Source: Balanoglossus misakiensis
Taxonomy: Eukaryota; Animalia; Hemichordata
Direction of reading: 5' to 3'
DNA: 64,000 bases
NCBI GenBank assembly: GCA_040954595.2
Contig: CM082586.2
Coordinates: 11,687,337 to 11,751,336 of the forward strand
Shown: positions 55,301 through 64,000 of the stretch, piece after piece
Layout of the letters: each line of letters starts with the position of its first letter
Position numbering within the stretch: position 1 is the stretch's first letter
Notes under the pieces: generated by a model
What the model was told of the DNA's origin: nothing
Seen by the model: only the letters and a program-made list of their open reading frames with translations
The model's database searches: none
Program-made: the position numbers and the translations under genes

Positions 55301-56358
55301 AACTTTAAAACATTTTCTAATGACCGACCATCCCTTGTAAAAATAGTGGTGTCGTCGGCAAATAATGAAATCTTCGCTGTATTATTACCATATAAGGGGA
55401 TCCCGTTGATCTCCCCGTGTTGTCTTATTTTACATGCAAGTACTTCGATCACAAGTAAAAACAATAAAGCCGAGAGGGAACATCCCTGTCGAACACCTCT
55501 ATGTAATGAAAAGTATCCAGAGCACCATCCCTTATAAACAATACAACTAGAAATATTACTATATAAAACTTCAATCCAGCGTATAAAGCCTGGACCAAAA
55601 TTCATCTTTTTAAGCACGCTATACAAAAATTGCCAATTTACACTGTCAAACGCTTTCTCATAATCTACAAAAAGGATCGCTCCTTCCAAACGCCGCTTTT
55701 TAGTGTAGTCTAGAACATCGGAGATCAGGCGAATGTTTTCTCCAATAAAACGGCCTTTCATATAGCCTGTCTGATCTCTATGGATAATTGTAGGTAAAAC
55801 ACATTTGAGTCTGTTTGATAATCCCTTAGTGGCAATTTTGTAGTCAATGTTTAAAAGCGACACAGGCCTCCAATTATTCAAGTCATTTTCATCTCCCTTT
55901 TTATACAACAATGTAATAATACCTCTTTTTTGTGTAGCAGAAAGTTCCCCTGACGACCAGGCTTCATTGAGAGATGAAGTGACAAATGTTTTTATTTCTG
56001 ACCAAAAGAAAAGAAAAAATTCGACCGAAAGTCCATCACATCCCGGAGACTTGTTAGCTGCCATGGTCTTCAAAGCGAGCAAACATTCCCTTTCCGTTAA
56101 ATTACCTTCGCACTGTTCACTTTGTAGAGCTGTTAGTCCTGGTAAACTGCTATTTTCCAAAAAATCGTCAATCGACTGATGGCAACATTTTCGCTGATAG
56201 ATCGTCTCGTAGAATTCTCTTTGTTCCCGCAGAATCTCGTCCGTTTTTGTCACACACTTTCCACTTCTGGTCACCAGCTCCTTAATTTCCTTTTTTCCTG
56301 CATTTCGCTTTTCTAATGATAAAAATACTTGGTATTCCTTTCTCCCTTTTCCACCCAC
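55270..56358 (-). CDS. ORF2 fragment 2: non-LTR reverse transcriptase domain
   Basis: Motifs KSPGCDG, NWRPVSLLNIDYKI, DQTGYMKGR, VDYEKAFDSV, RGVRQGCSLS, ISLFADD. Confidence 0.93.
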   Translation of the reverse strand: MGGKGRKEYQVFLSLEKRNAGKKEIKELVTRSGKCVTKTDEILREQREFYETIYQRKCCHQSIDDFLENSSLPGLTALQSEQCEGNLTERECLLALKTMAANKSPGCDGLSVEFFLFFWSEIKTFVTSSLNEAWSSGELSATQKRGIITLLYKKGDENDLNNWRPVSLLNIDYKIATKGLSNRLKCVLPTIIHRDQTGYMKGRFIGENIRLISDVLDYTKKRRLEGAILFVDYEKAFDSVNWQFLYSVLKKMNFGPGFIRWIEVLYSNISSCIVYKGWCSGYFSLHRGVRQGCSLSALLFLLVIEVLACKIRQHGEINGIPLYGNNTAKISLFADDTTIFTRDGRSLENVLKLWMIFISVVV

Positions 56359-57455
56359 GCTGCACGCGATCTTATCTGCGCACCTTCAGCGAGTATGTTG
56401 TAAATATTCTCAAGGCGTTGTTTGGTTTCACTGTATTTCCGTATATTTTCATCTGATGGATTCACCAGCATATTTCTTTCATCCGCTTTTAGCTGTTGCT
56501 CAAGCTTCGGTATTTCCTTATTGTGATCTTTTGTTCCATACCTTGTAAATTCCAATGCATATTCTTTAATTTCTTTCTTCATGATGTCCCATTTCATCCG
56601 ATTATTTTCGAATGTCTTCTCACCACACTCTCTGATTACAGATTTGACTCCGGTGACAAAGCCTTCATTTTTTAAAAGCCTATTGTTCAGTTTCCATGTA
56701 CCAGGCCCTCTACAATCTGAAGCGGTCTGCAATTCCACGTAAACAGCCATATGATCTGTGTGTACAGCAGGACGAATATCCGATTTTTTGACATTCTTGA
56801 CGAGGTGCTTTGAGATTAAAACATAATCTAATCGGCTATGAGTCGGTGATGGGGCCAATCTTCGCCAAGTAAACTGCCGTTGCCCAGGGTGGAAATTCCT
56901 CCAAACATCAATAAGTTGAAACTGATTACAAAAACTACGTAAGACTCTTCTTGATCCATCATGTGATTGCCGTGATTTCACACTTGACGCTCTGTCCAAA
57001 GTGTCGTTGAGTGCACAATTGAAGTCGCCTGCTATAAAAAGATGTTCGTAATAGCAGTGCGTGTCAACCAGGCCAGCTAGATCTTTCAAGAATTCCGTTC
57101 TTTGTTTCACGAGATTCGGGGCATAAACACTACAAATTGAAAGCTTAACACCTACAAGGCTACCGTTTATTATGCAAATTCTTCCGAAGTCGTCATTCCA
57201 CACGGAATCAATGGTGAGGTCACATCTGCGCTCAATCAATATTGCCGTTCCTCTGCTATAATTGTCACCTTTCGAGAAGAATACTTTCCCTCCCCATTCT
57301 TTCTCCCAAGTGTCAATGTCTGTTCCATTTCCATGCAACTCTTGTAAAATCGCGATACTCGTTTTTTGGAGTTTTAGCCAGCGATATATACAGTTCCTTT
57401 TCGTTTTGTCTTTGAAACCCCTGACATACAGGGTAACTAACTTCAGCGCTGCCAT
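56313..57455 (-). CDS. ORF2 fragment 1: apurinic/apyrimidinic-type endonuclease domain plus linker
   Basis: Motifs AILQELH, SRGTAIL, SVYAPN, IAGDFN, DVWR, FTW, SRLDY, TDHMAV, RGPGTWKLN, RSRAAWVEKGERNTKYF. Confidence 0.9.
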   Translation of the reverse strand: MAALKLVTLYVRGFKDKTKRNCIYRWLKLQKTSIAILQELHGNGTDIDTWEKEWGGKVFFSKGDNYSRGTAILIERRCDLTIDSVWNDDFGRICIINGSLVGVKLSICSVYAPNLVKQRTEFLKDLAGLVDTHCYYEHLFIAGDFNCALNDTLDRASSVKSRQSHDGSRRVLRSFCNQFQLIDVWRNFHPGQRQFTWRRLAPSPTHSRLDYVLISKHLVKNVKKSDIRPAVHTDHMAVYVELQTASDCRGPGTWKLNNRLLKNEGFVTGVKSVIRECGEKTFENNRMKWDIMKKEIKEYALEFTRYGTKDHNKEIPKLEQQLKADERNMLVNPSDENIRKYSETKQRLENIYNILAEGAQIRSRAAWVEKGERNTKYFYH

Positions 57456-58627
57456 CAGTAGCCTTTGATTCTGACTTGCTGCTGCTGCTTTCGTCTTCTT
57501 CTACGTTTTTTCTTATTTTCTTTGCTTTGGGTCAATGACAACAGTGGTGGCGATTCAGCAGACAATTCAGAGAAATTTTCTCTTGATGTGTCATAACGCC
57601 GGTCCTCGCCACCTTCAATATCCGTTACATCACCTTCACTGACACTAGTATCGTTTTGTCTATCGTCTCTGTTCTCTTTTAAGAACGCTAAAATTGAGCT
57701 TTGTGATTTAACGCTCGAGCTCGAGGGCTCAGGTGCTTTGTTTGCCAGACTTTGCGGTTTCTCAACACGGTCTTCGTCCCCCGTTTCACGCCTGGATGTT
57801 CCTTGTAACGGTGTGCTGTCACTTTCTAGTCTCGATACCGCATCGGCAGGATTCGTAGACCTTTTCTGCATTGTGTATTTGGTGGACTGAGACGTTAATT
57901 CTTCGTGTACCTGAGAAGTCATACAATTTCTTGCAATATGCCCCTCTCTTTTACAGAGTCTGCATTTGATTTGTCCAGTGCAATTGTACGCAGTATGTCC
58001 CTCCTCTAAGCATTTGCCGCATCGTGGCTGCGTCTCCGCTGTGGATTGCTTATAAATAATCTTCGCGTAAAATGCACCGATCTTAACCTGAGCTGGTAAT
58101 GGTGTCTTTGGTTTTTCGATGAACACAGTTCGATCCCCATTAAGAATGTTTGTCAACTTGCCTTCTAACCTCCATTTCTGTCTGGATATATCTGTTTTGA
58201 GCTTACAGCCCAAACCAGTAAGTGTAGCGGCAATAGCATCATCATCGTGTGACAATGGTAGATCTTTTATCGTTAATCTTAACCAATCTTCATGAAACTC
58301 TCTTCGGAAGGGATTTCGCCCCCACAGCTCTATCGACTTCCCGCGTAGTGTGAGTCCATGTTGTAACAAAATTGTCCGGTCTGCTTCGTCATTCATATAA
58401 ATACGCCACAGACCTCTTATCCGTTGCAACCCTTCCAAGCTGCCGATGGTGACAACTTCTGAAACGGCTGCTATAATATCCTTACCTCTTAGCCATTGAT
58501 TACTGTCCCTGGGAACTATGTCCGACTGCTTCAGAAAGACGGGTAGAACTCCTACTTCACCGTCTTTGTCTTGCAGGCGTTTGGTCGTCACCACCTGCGA
58601 ATAACTGGCTTTGTCTCTGACGGCCAT
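57455..58627 (-). CDS. ORF1 protein (gag-like nucleic-acid-binding protein) of the non-LTR retrotransposon, 390 aa
   Basis: Two zinc knuckles CGKCLEEGHTAYNC and CRLCKREGHIARNC; N-terminal RRM-like region (GLQRIRGLWRIY, RLTIKDLPLS, NGDRTVFI); low-complexity C-terminus with basic tract KKKRRRRRK; directly upstream of ORF2. Confidence 0.92.
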   Translation of the reverse strand: MAVRDKASYSQVVTTKRLQDKDGEVGVLPVFLKQSDIVPRDSNQWLRGKDIIAAVSEVVTIGSLEGLQRIRGLWRIYMNDEADRTILLQHGLTLRGKSIELWGRNPFRREFHEDWLRLTIKDLPLSHDDDAIAATLTGLGCKLKTDISRQKWRLEGKLTNILNGDRTVFIEKPKTPLPAQVKIGAFYAKIIYKQSTAETQPRCGKCLEEGHTAYNCTGQIKCRLCKREGHIARNCMTSQVHEELTSQSTKYTMQKRSTNPADAVSRLESDSTPLQGTSRRETGDEDRVEKPQSLANKAPEPSSSSVKSQSSILAFLKENRDDRQNDTSVSEGDVTDIEGGEDRRYDTSRENFSELSAESPPLLSLTQSKENKKKRRRRRKQQQQVRIKGY

Positions 58628-58837
58628 GCTTGCTCGAGACCACGAAAACTAGCAAAATGTCTTTCTTCTGAGAATCAAAATGCTTCTTTGCTCTCGAGTT
58701 AGCTGCTAGTATCTATCCAAAAGCATATACCTTCAGTTTCGCCACAAAATTCACCGATTTCACGTGAAAAAACGATGAAAACTCTGAGCGTGCTAGAAAT
58801 CTGCTTCCGTAGATGGCTGACTCTAGCGCCCTCCATC
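58628..58837 (-). promoter_or_regulatory. 5' UTR of the retrotransposon, probable internal promoter
   Basis: Non-satellite sequence between ORF1 ATG and the TSD; YY1-like GCCATCT and ETS-like CGGAAG within the first ~35 nt. Promoter function is inferred from L1-group biology. Confidence 0.55.
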
Positions 58838-61800
58838 CAGACTGGCGTAAGTTATCAACGGTGATTACGTCGGATTTCCTACGGCCTGGTTTAGCTGAAG
58901 CCCCGGCACTTTAGAGCGGAAACACGCGTACATTGACCACGATGATCAAGTCAGATCTCCTACGGCCTGGCTCGACTAAAACCCCGGCACACCATGACAG
59001 ACACTAGCGTTCGTTAGCAACGGTGATCAAGTCGGATTTCCTTCGGCCTGGCTCTGCAAAAGACCCGACACTCTAGTACAAAGATGTTGGCTAAGTCGGG
59101 CAAACCGAAGAGGGGAAGTCACAGCGGGTCAACACTCGACATTTGTTCGGGTAGGACTGCATTATTGCCTGTCAATTTATAGAGAAAGCCCGAATTTAAC
59201 CAGGGCGTTTCAAACACCGACGTTAGTTGGGGGGGGGGGGGCACGGCCTGCAGTACTGCCGGGTAAGCTGACATCGGCGTACCGCATATAATGTAAGGGG
59301 GGGGGGGGAACAGAACGGTTCAATACTACATTTATTAGATATCAGCTAATTTTGGACAATCATCTAAAATCTAAATCATTTTTTCATATTTGGATATCTG
59401 ATGATGTATCAAATTTCTATTATATGTAAAGATGGTGCTGATTATAAAAAATGCACTCTGAATGAGCTGATTTAATACAAAATTGCGTTTTATTCGTTTT
59501 TGCACCAAAAAGGTCATTTTTAGGCAAAACATTCTTTATTTTTTTTAATTCGGTGACCTGATCATATACAAACAATTGCTTGTATGTTAAAAGTTTTTAT
59601 GACTTTTAAAAGCAGTGACACTGGCGGCATTCAACACGAAAATAACAATTTTAACCACAATTTGGTCAAAATGGTAAATTTTTGAAAATTACAAAAAATA
59701 CCTGTTTTCTACATTTTCGGAAATCTGATGGAGTATAGAATCCTCTTCGTATATATATATCGATACAAATTCCACAAAAAACGGCCAATTTGGCTCACCG
59801 CAGACAATTTTTTTTTAATTCGGTGACCTGATCATATATAAACAATTGCTTGTATGTTAAAAGTTTTTATGACTTTTAAAAGCAGTGACACTGGCGGCAT
59901 TCAACACGAAAATAACAATTTTAGCCACAATTTGGTCAAAATGGTAAATTTTTGAAAATTACAAAAAATACCTGTTTTCTACATTTTCGGAAATCTGATG
60001 GAGTATAGAATGCTCTTCGTATGTATATATCGATACAAATTCCACAAAATACAGTCTAATTTGGCTCACTGCAGACAAAATTGCGTGTTACCAAATTTTC
60101 CTTGAAAATGTCATTTTTAGAAAAAAATAAAAAACCTTTGTTCTTCGAATTTGGTGCCCTGATCATATATGACATGTTGATTGTATGTTAAAACTTTCGA
60201 CCTCTCCAAAAATGCAGAGATATTGACGGAATTCAAGAAAAAATAGCCATTTTGGCCATATTTTGACAAAAATGGTAATTTTTTAAAAAATCATAAAAAA
60301 TTAACTCTTTTCTTCATTTTCGGAAATATTATGGAGCATGAAGTGTCGTTCTCTTGTAAAAAGTGCTGCAAATTCCAGAAAAGGTGGTATAATTTGAATC
60401 ACCCAAGACAAAATTACCATTTTCGACTTTTTTTCGAAAAATTGTCTTTTTTACAAAATAAATAAGAATAAATTCTTTTCTTAGTTTCAAACGGGTAGAG
60501 ATACTTTCCACACGGGTTTTCTAACATTGAATTCCCGTTCATCAACTCAGATTTCCTACAGCATAAGTCGGCTAAAACCCAGACACTCTAGAGCAGAAAC
60601 AGTTGCACACTGGTAACGTTGAACAAGTCGATTTTTCTACGGCCTGGCTCGGCTAAATCTCCGTCACAATATGACAGACACTAGCGTATGTTAGCAACGG
60701 TGATCAAGTCAGATTTCCTACGGCCTGGTTTAGCTGAAGCCCCGGCACTTTAGAGCGGAAACACGCGTACATTGACCACGATGATCAAGTCAGATCTCCT
60801 ACGGCCTGTCTCGACTAAAACCCCGGCACACCATGACAGACACTAGCGTTCGTTAGCAACGTTGATCAAGTCAGATTTCCTACGGCATGGCTTGGCTAAA
60901 GCCCTGGCACTCTAGAGCAGAAACACGCCTACAGAGACCACGTTGATCTACTCACATTTCCTTCGGCCTGGCACGGCTGATGCCCCGTTACTATATATAG
61001 GACACAGACTGGCGTAAGTTAACAACGGTAATCACGTTGGGTTTCCTACGGCCTGGCTCAGCTGAAGCCCCGGCACTCTAGAGCAGAAACAGGCGTACAT
61101 TGACCACGTTGATCAAGTCAGATTTCCTACGGCGTGACTCGGCTGGTGCACCGGCTCTATATGACACAGACTGGCGTAAGTTATCAACGGTGATTACGTC
61201 GGATTTCCTTCGGCCTGGTTTAGCTGAAGCCCCGGCACTTTAGAGCGGAAACACGCGTACATTGACCACGATGATCAAGTCAGATCTCCTACGGCCTGGC
61301 TCGACTAAAACCCCGGCACACCATGACAGACACTAGCGTTCGTTAGCAACGGTGATCAAGTCGGATTTCCGTCGGCCTGGCTCTGCAAAAGACCCGACAC
61401 TCTAGTACAAAGACGTTGGCTAAGTCGGGCAAACCGAAGAGGGAAAGTCACAGCTGGTCAATACTCGACATTTGTTCGGGTAGGACTGCATTATTGCCTG
61501 TCAATTTATTGAGAAAGCCCGAATTAAACCCGGGCGTTTCAAACACCGACGTTAGTTGGGGGCACGGCCTGCAGTACTGCCGGGTAAGCTGACATCGGCG
61601 TACCGCATATAATGTAGGGGGGGGGGGGAACAGAACGGTTCAATACTACATTTATTAGATATCAGCTAATTTTCGACAATCATCTAAAATCTAAATCATT
61701 TTTTCATATTTGGATATCTGATGATGTATGAAATTTCCATTATATGTAAAAATGGTGCTGATTATAAAAAATGCACTCTGAATGAGCTGATTTTTAGTCA

Positions 61801-64000
61801 AAACATTCTTTATTTTTTAATTCGGTGACCTGATCATATATAAACAATTGCTTGTATGTTAAAAGTTTTTATGACTTTTAAAAGCAGTGACACTGGCGGC
61901 ATTCATCACGAAAATAACAATTTTAGCCACAATTTGGTCAAAATGGTAATTTTTGGAAAGTTACAAAAAATACCTGTTTTCTACATTTTCGGAAATCTGA
62001 TGGAGTATAGAATGCTCTTCGTATGTATATATCGATACAAATTCCACAAAAGACCGTTTAATTTGGCTCACTGCAGACAAAATTGCGGTTTACCAAATTT
62101 TCCTTGAAAATGTCATTTTTAGAAAAAAAAATAAAAAAACCTTTGTTTTTCGAATTTGGTGCCCTGATCATATATGACATGTTGATTGTATGTTAAAACT
62201 CTCGACCACTCCAAAAATGGTAAATTTTTGAAAAATCATAAAAAATTAACTCTTTTCTTCATTTTCGGAAATATTATGGAGCATGAAGTGTCGTTCTCTT
62301 GTAAAAAGTGCTGCAAATTCCAGAAAAGGCGGTATAATTTGAATCACCCAAGACAAAATTGCAATTTTTGGACTTTTTTTCGAAAAATTGTCTTTTTTAC
62401 AAAATAAATAAGAATAAATTCTTTTCTTAGTTTCAAACGGGAAGAGATACTTTCCACACTGGTTTTCTAACATTGAATTCGCGTTCATCAACTCAGATTT
62501 CCTACAGCATAAGTCGGCTAAAACCCTGACACTCTAGAGCAGAAACAGTTGCACACTGGTAACGTTGAACAAGTCGATTTTTCTACGGCCTGGCTCGGCT
62601 AAATCTCCGTCACAATATGACAGACACTAGCGTACGTTAGCAACGGTGATCAAGTCAGATTTTCTACGGCATGGCTTGGATAAAGCCCCGGCACTCTAGA
62701 GCAGAAACACGCGTACAGAGACCACGTTGATCAAGTCTGATCTCCTACGGCTTGGCTCGACTAAAACCCCGGCACACTATGACAGACACTAGCGTTCGTT
62801 AGCAACGTTGATCAAGTCAGATTTCCTACGGCATGGCTTGGCTAAAGCCCTGGCACTCTAGAGCAGAAACAAGCGTACAGAGACCACGTTGATCTACTCA
62901 CATTTCCTTCGGCCTGGCACGGCTGATGCCCCGGCACTATATATAGGACACAGACTGGCGTAAGTTAACAACGGTAATCACGTCGGGTTTCCTACGGCCT
63001 GGCTCAGCTGAAGCCCCGGCACTCTAGAGCAGAAACAGGCGTACATTGACCACGTTGATCAAGTCAGATTTCCTACGGCGTGACTCGGCTGGTGCACCGG
63101 CTCTATATGACACAGACAGGCGTAAGTTATCAACGGTGATTACGTCGGATTTCCTTCGGCCTGGTTTAGCTGAAGCCCCGGCACTTTAGAGCGGAAACAC
63201 GCGTACTTTGACCACGATGATCAAGTCAGATCTCCTACGGCCTGGCTCGACTAAAACCCCGGCACACCATGACAGACACTAGCGTTCGTTAGCAACGGTG
63301 ATCAAGTCGGATTTCCTTCGGCCTGGCTCTGCAAAAGACCCGACACTCTAGTACAAAGACGTTGGCTAAGTCGGGCAAACCGAACAGGGAAAGTCACAGC
63401 GGGTCAACACTCGACATTTGTTCCGGGAGGACTGCATTATTGCCTGTCAATTTATAGAGAAAGCCCGAATTTAACCAGGGCGTTTCAAACACCGACGTTA
63501 GTTGGGGGCACGGCCTGCAGTACTGCCGGGTAAGCTGACATCAGCGTACCGCATATAATGTAGGGGGGGGGGGGGAACAGAACGGTTAAATACTACATTT
63601 ATCAGATATCAGCTAATTTTGAACAATCATCTAAAATGTAAATCATCTTTTCATATTTGGATATCTGATGATGATGTATGACATTTCCATTATATGTAAA
63701 AATGGTGCTGATTATAAAAATGCACTCTGAATGAGCTGATTTAATGCAAAATTGCGTTTTATTCGTTTTTGCACCAAAAAAGTCATTTTTAGGCAAAACA
63801 TTCTTTATTTTTTTAATTCGGTGACCTGATCATATATAAACAATTGCTTGTATGTTAAAAGTTTTTTTGACTTTTAAAAGCAGTGACACTGGCGGCATTC
63901 AACACGAAAATAACAATTTTAGCCACAATTTGGTCAAAATGGTAAATTTTTGAAAATTACAAAAAATACCTGTTTTCTACATTTTCGGAAATCTGATGGA

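Larger units (their letters stand above)
53900..57455 (-). pseudogene. ORF2 (APE endonuclease-reverse transcriptase), ~1185 aa if two single-base frameshifts are repaired
   Basis: Three consecutive overlapping ORFs join into one canonical ORF2 by adding one base at 56321-56325 and one at 55304-55310. Confidence 0.85.
53813..58837 (-). mobile_element. Apparently full-length Tx1/L1-group non-LTR retrotransposon (~5.0 kb)
   Basis: 13-bp TSD CAGACTGGCGTAA (53800-53812 and 58838-58850); A-rich tail at the 53813 end; ~210-nt 5' UTR; ORF1 with CCHC knuckles; ORF2 with APE endonuclease, RT and C-terminal region. Satellite sequence resumes in register on both sides. Tx1 assignment rests on motif style, not on a computed phylogeny. 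Confidence 0.95.
1..64000. repeat. Tandem array (macrosatellite) of a ~2.05-kb composite unit, ~28 units, interrupted by two mobile elements
   Basis: Anchor GCATATAATGTA-(G)n-AACAGAACGGTTCAATAC (with variants) recurs 28 times: ~1984, 4034, 6088, 8141, 10511, 12555, 14934, 16497, 18873, 20438, 22981, 25043, 27097, 29139, 31197, 33245, 34963, 37018, 38894, 40934, 44473, 46519, 48412, 50221, 52193, 59297, 61617, 63563. All units are head-to-tail and highly similar; the short ORFs in the track recur with the same period. Confidence 0.98.

Noticed and set aside
53949-57468. Plus-strand ORFs inside the retrotransposon
   Set aside because: Antisense shadows of ORF2 with no recognisable motifs.
58822-58840. 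CTCF-like motif (GGATGGAGGGCGCTA on the minus strand)
   Set aside because: Only the 3' half matches; the conserved CC 5' half is absent.
451-63796. Dozens of recurring 60-98-aa ORFs (MSKYGQ..., MESIST..., MNRSVPPP...)
   Set aside because: They recur only because the DNA repeats. They overlap in several frames, are broken by homopolymer indels in many units, often use non-ATG starts and show no recognisable domains.

Overview
Eukaryotic, most likely animal (invertebrate-like), repetitive DNA with no host protein-coding gene. The whole window is a tandem array of a ~2.05-kb composite unit: 28 poly-G anchors, i.e. about 28 units plus a partial one, 1.56-2.54 kb long when insertions are excluded. 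Each unit has three parts: (i) an AT-rich ~0.9-kb block of about five strongly diverged ~160-170-bp monomers; (ii) a CpG-rich array of usually 11 alternating A/B 81-bp monomers (162-bp dimer); (iii) a ~300-bp single-copy module with several hairpins, a variable poly-G tract, a splice-donor-like GGTAAG, a B-box-like GGTTCAATAC and an Sm-site-like AATTTTGG. Two mobile elements interrupt the array. One is a 1,491-bp non-autonomous DNA transposon (42180-43670; 12-bp perfect TIR, ~350-bp imperfect inverted arms, 3-bp TSD). The other is an apparently full-length ~5.0-kb Tx1/L1-type non-LTR retrotransposon on the minus strand (53813-58837; 13-bp TSD; ORF1 with two CCHC knuckles; APE-RT ORF2 broken by two 1-nt frameshifts). 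Local dimeric higher-order repeats and length changes in 162-bp steps show ongoing turnover. Whether module (iii) is a small-RNA gene is a hypothesis only; all alignments were made by eye.
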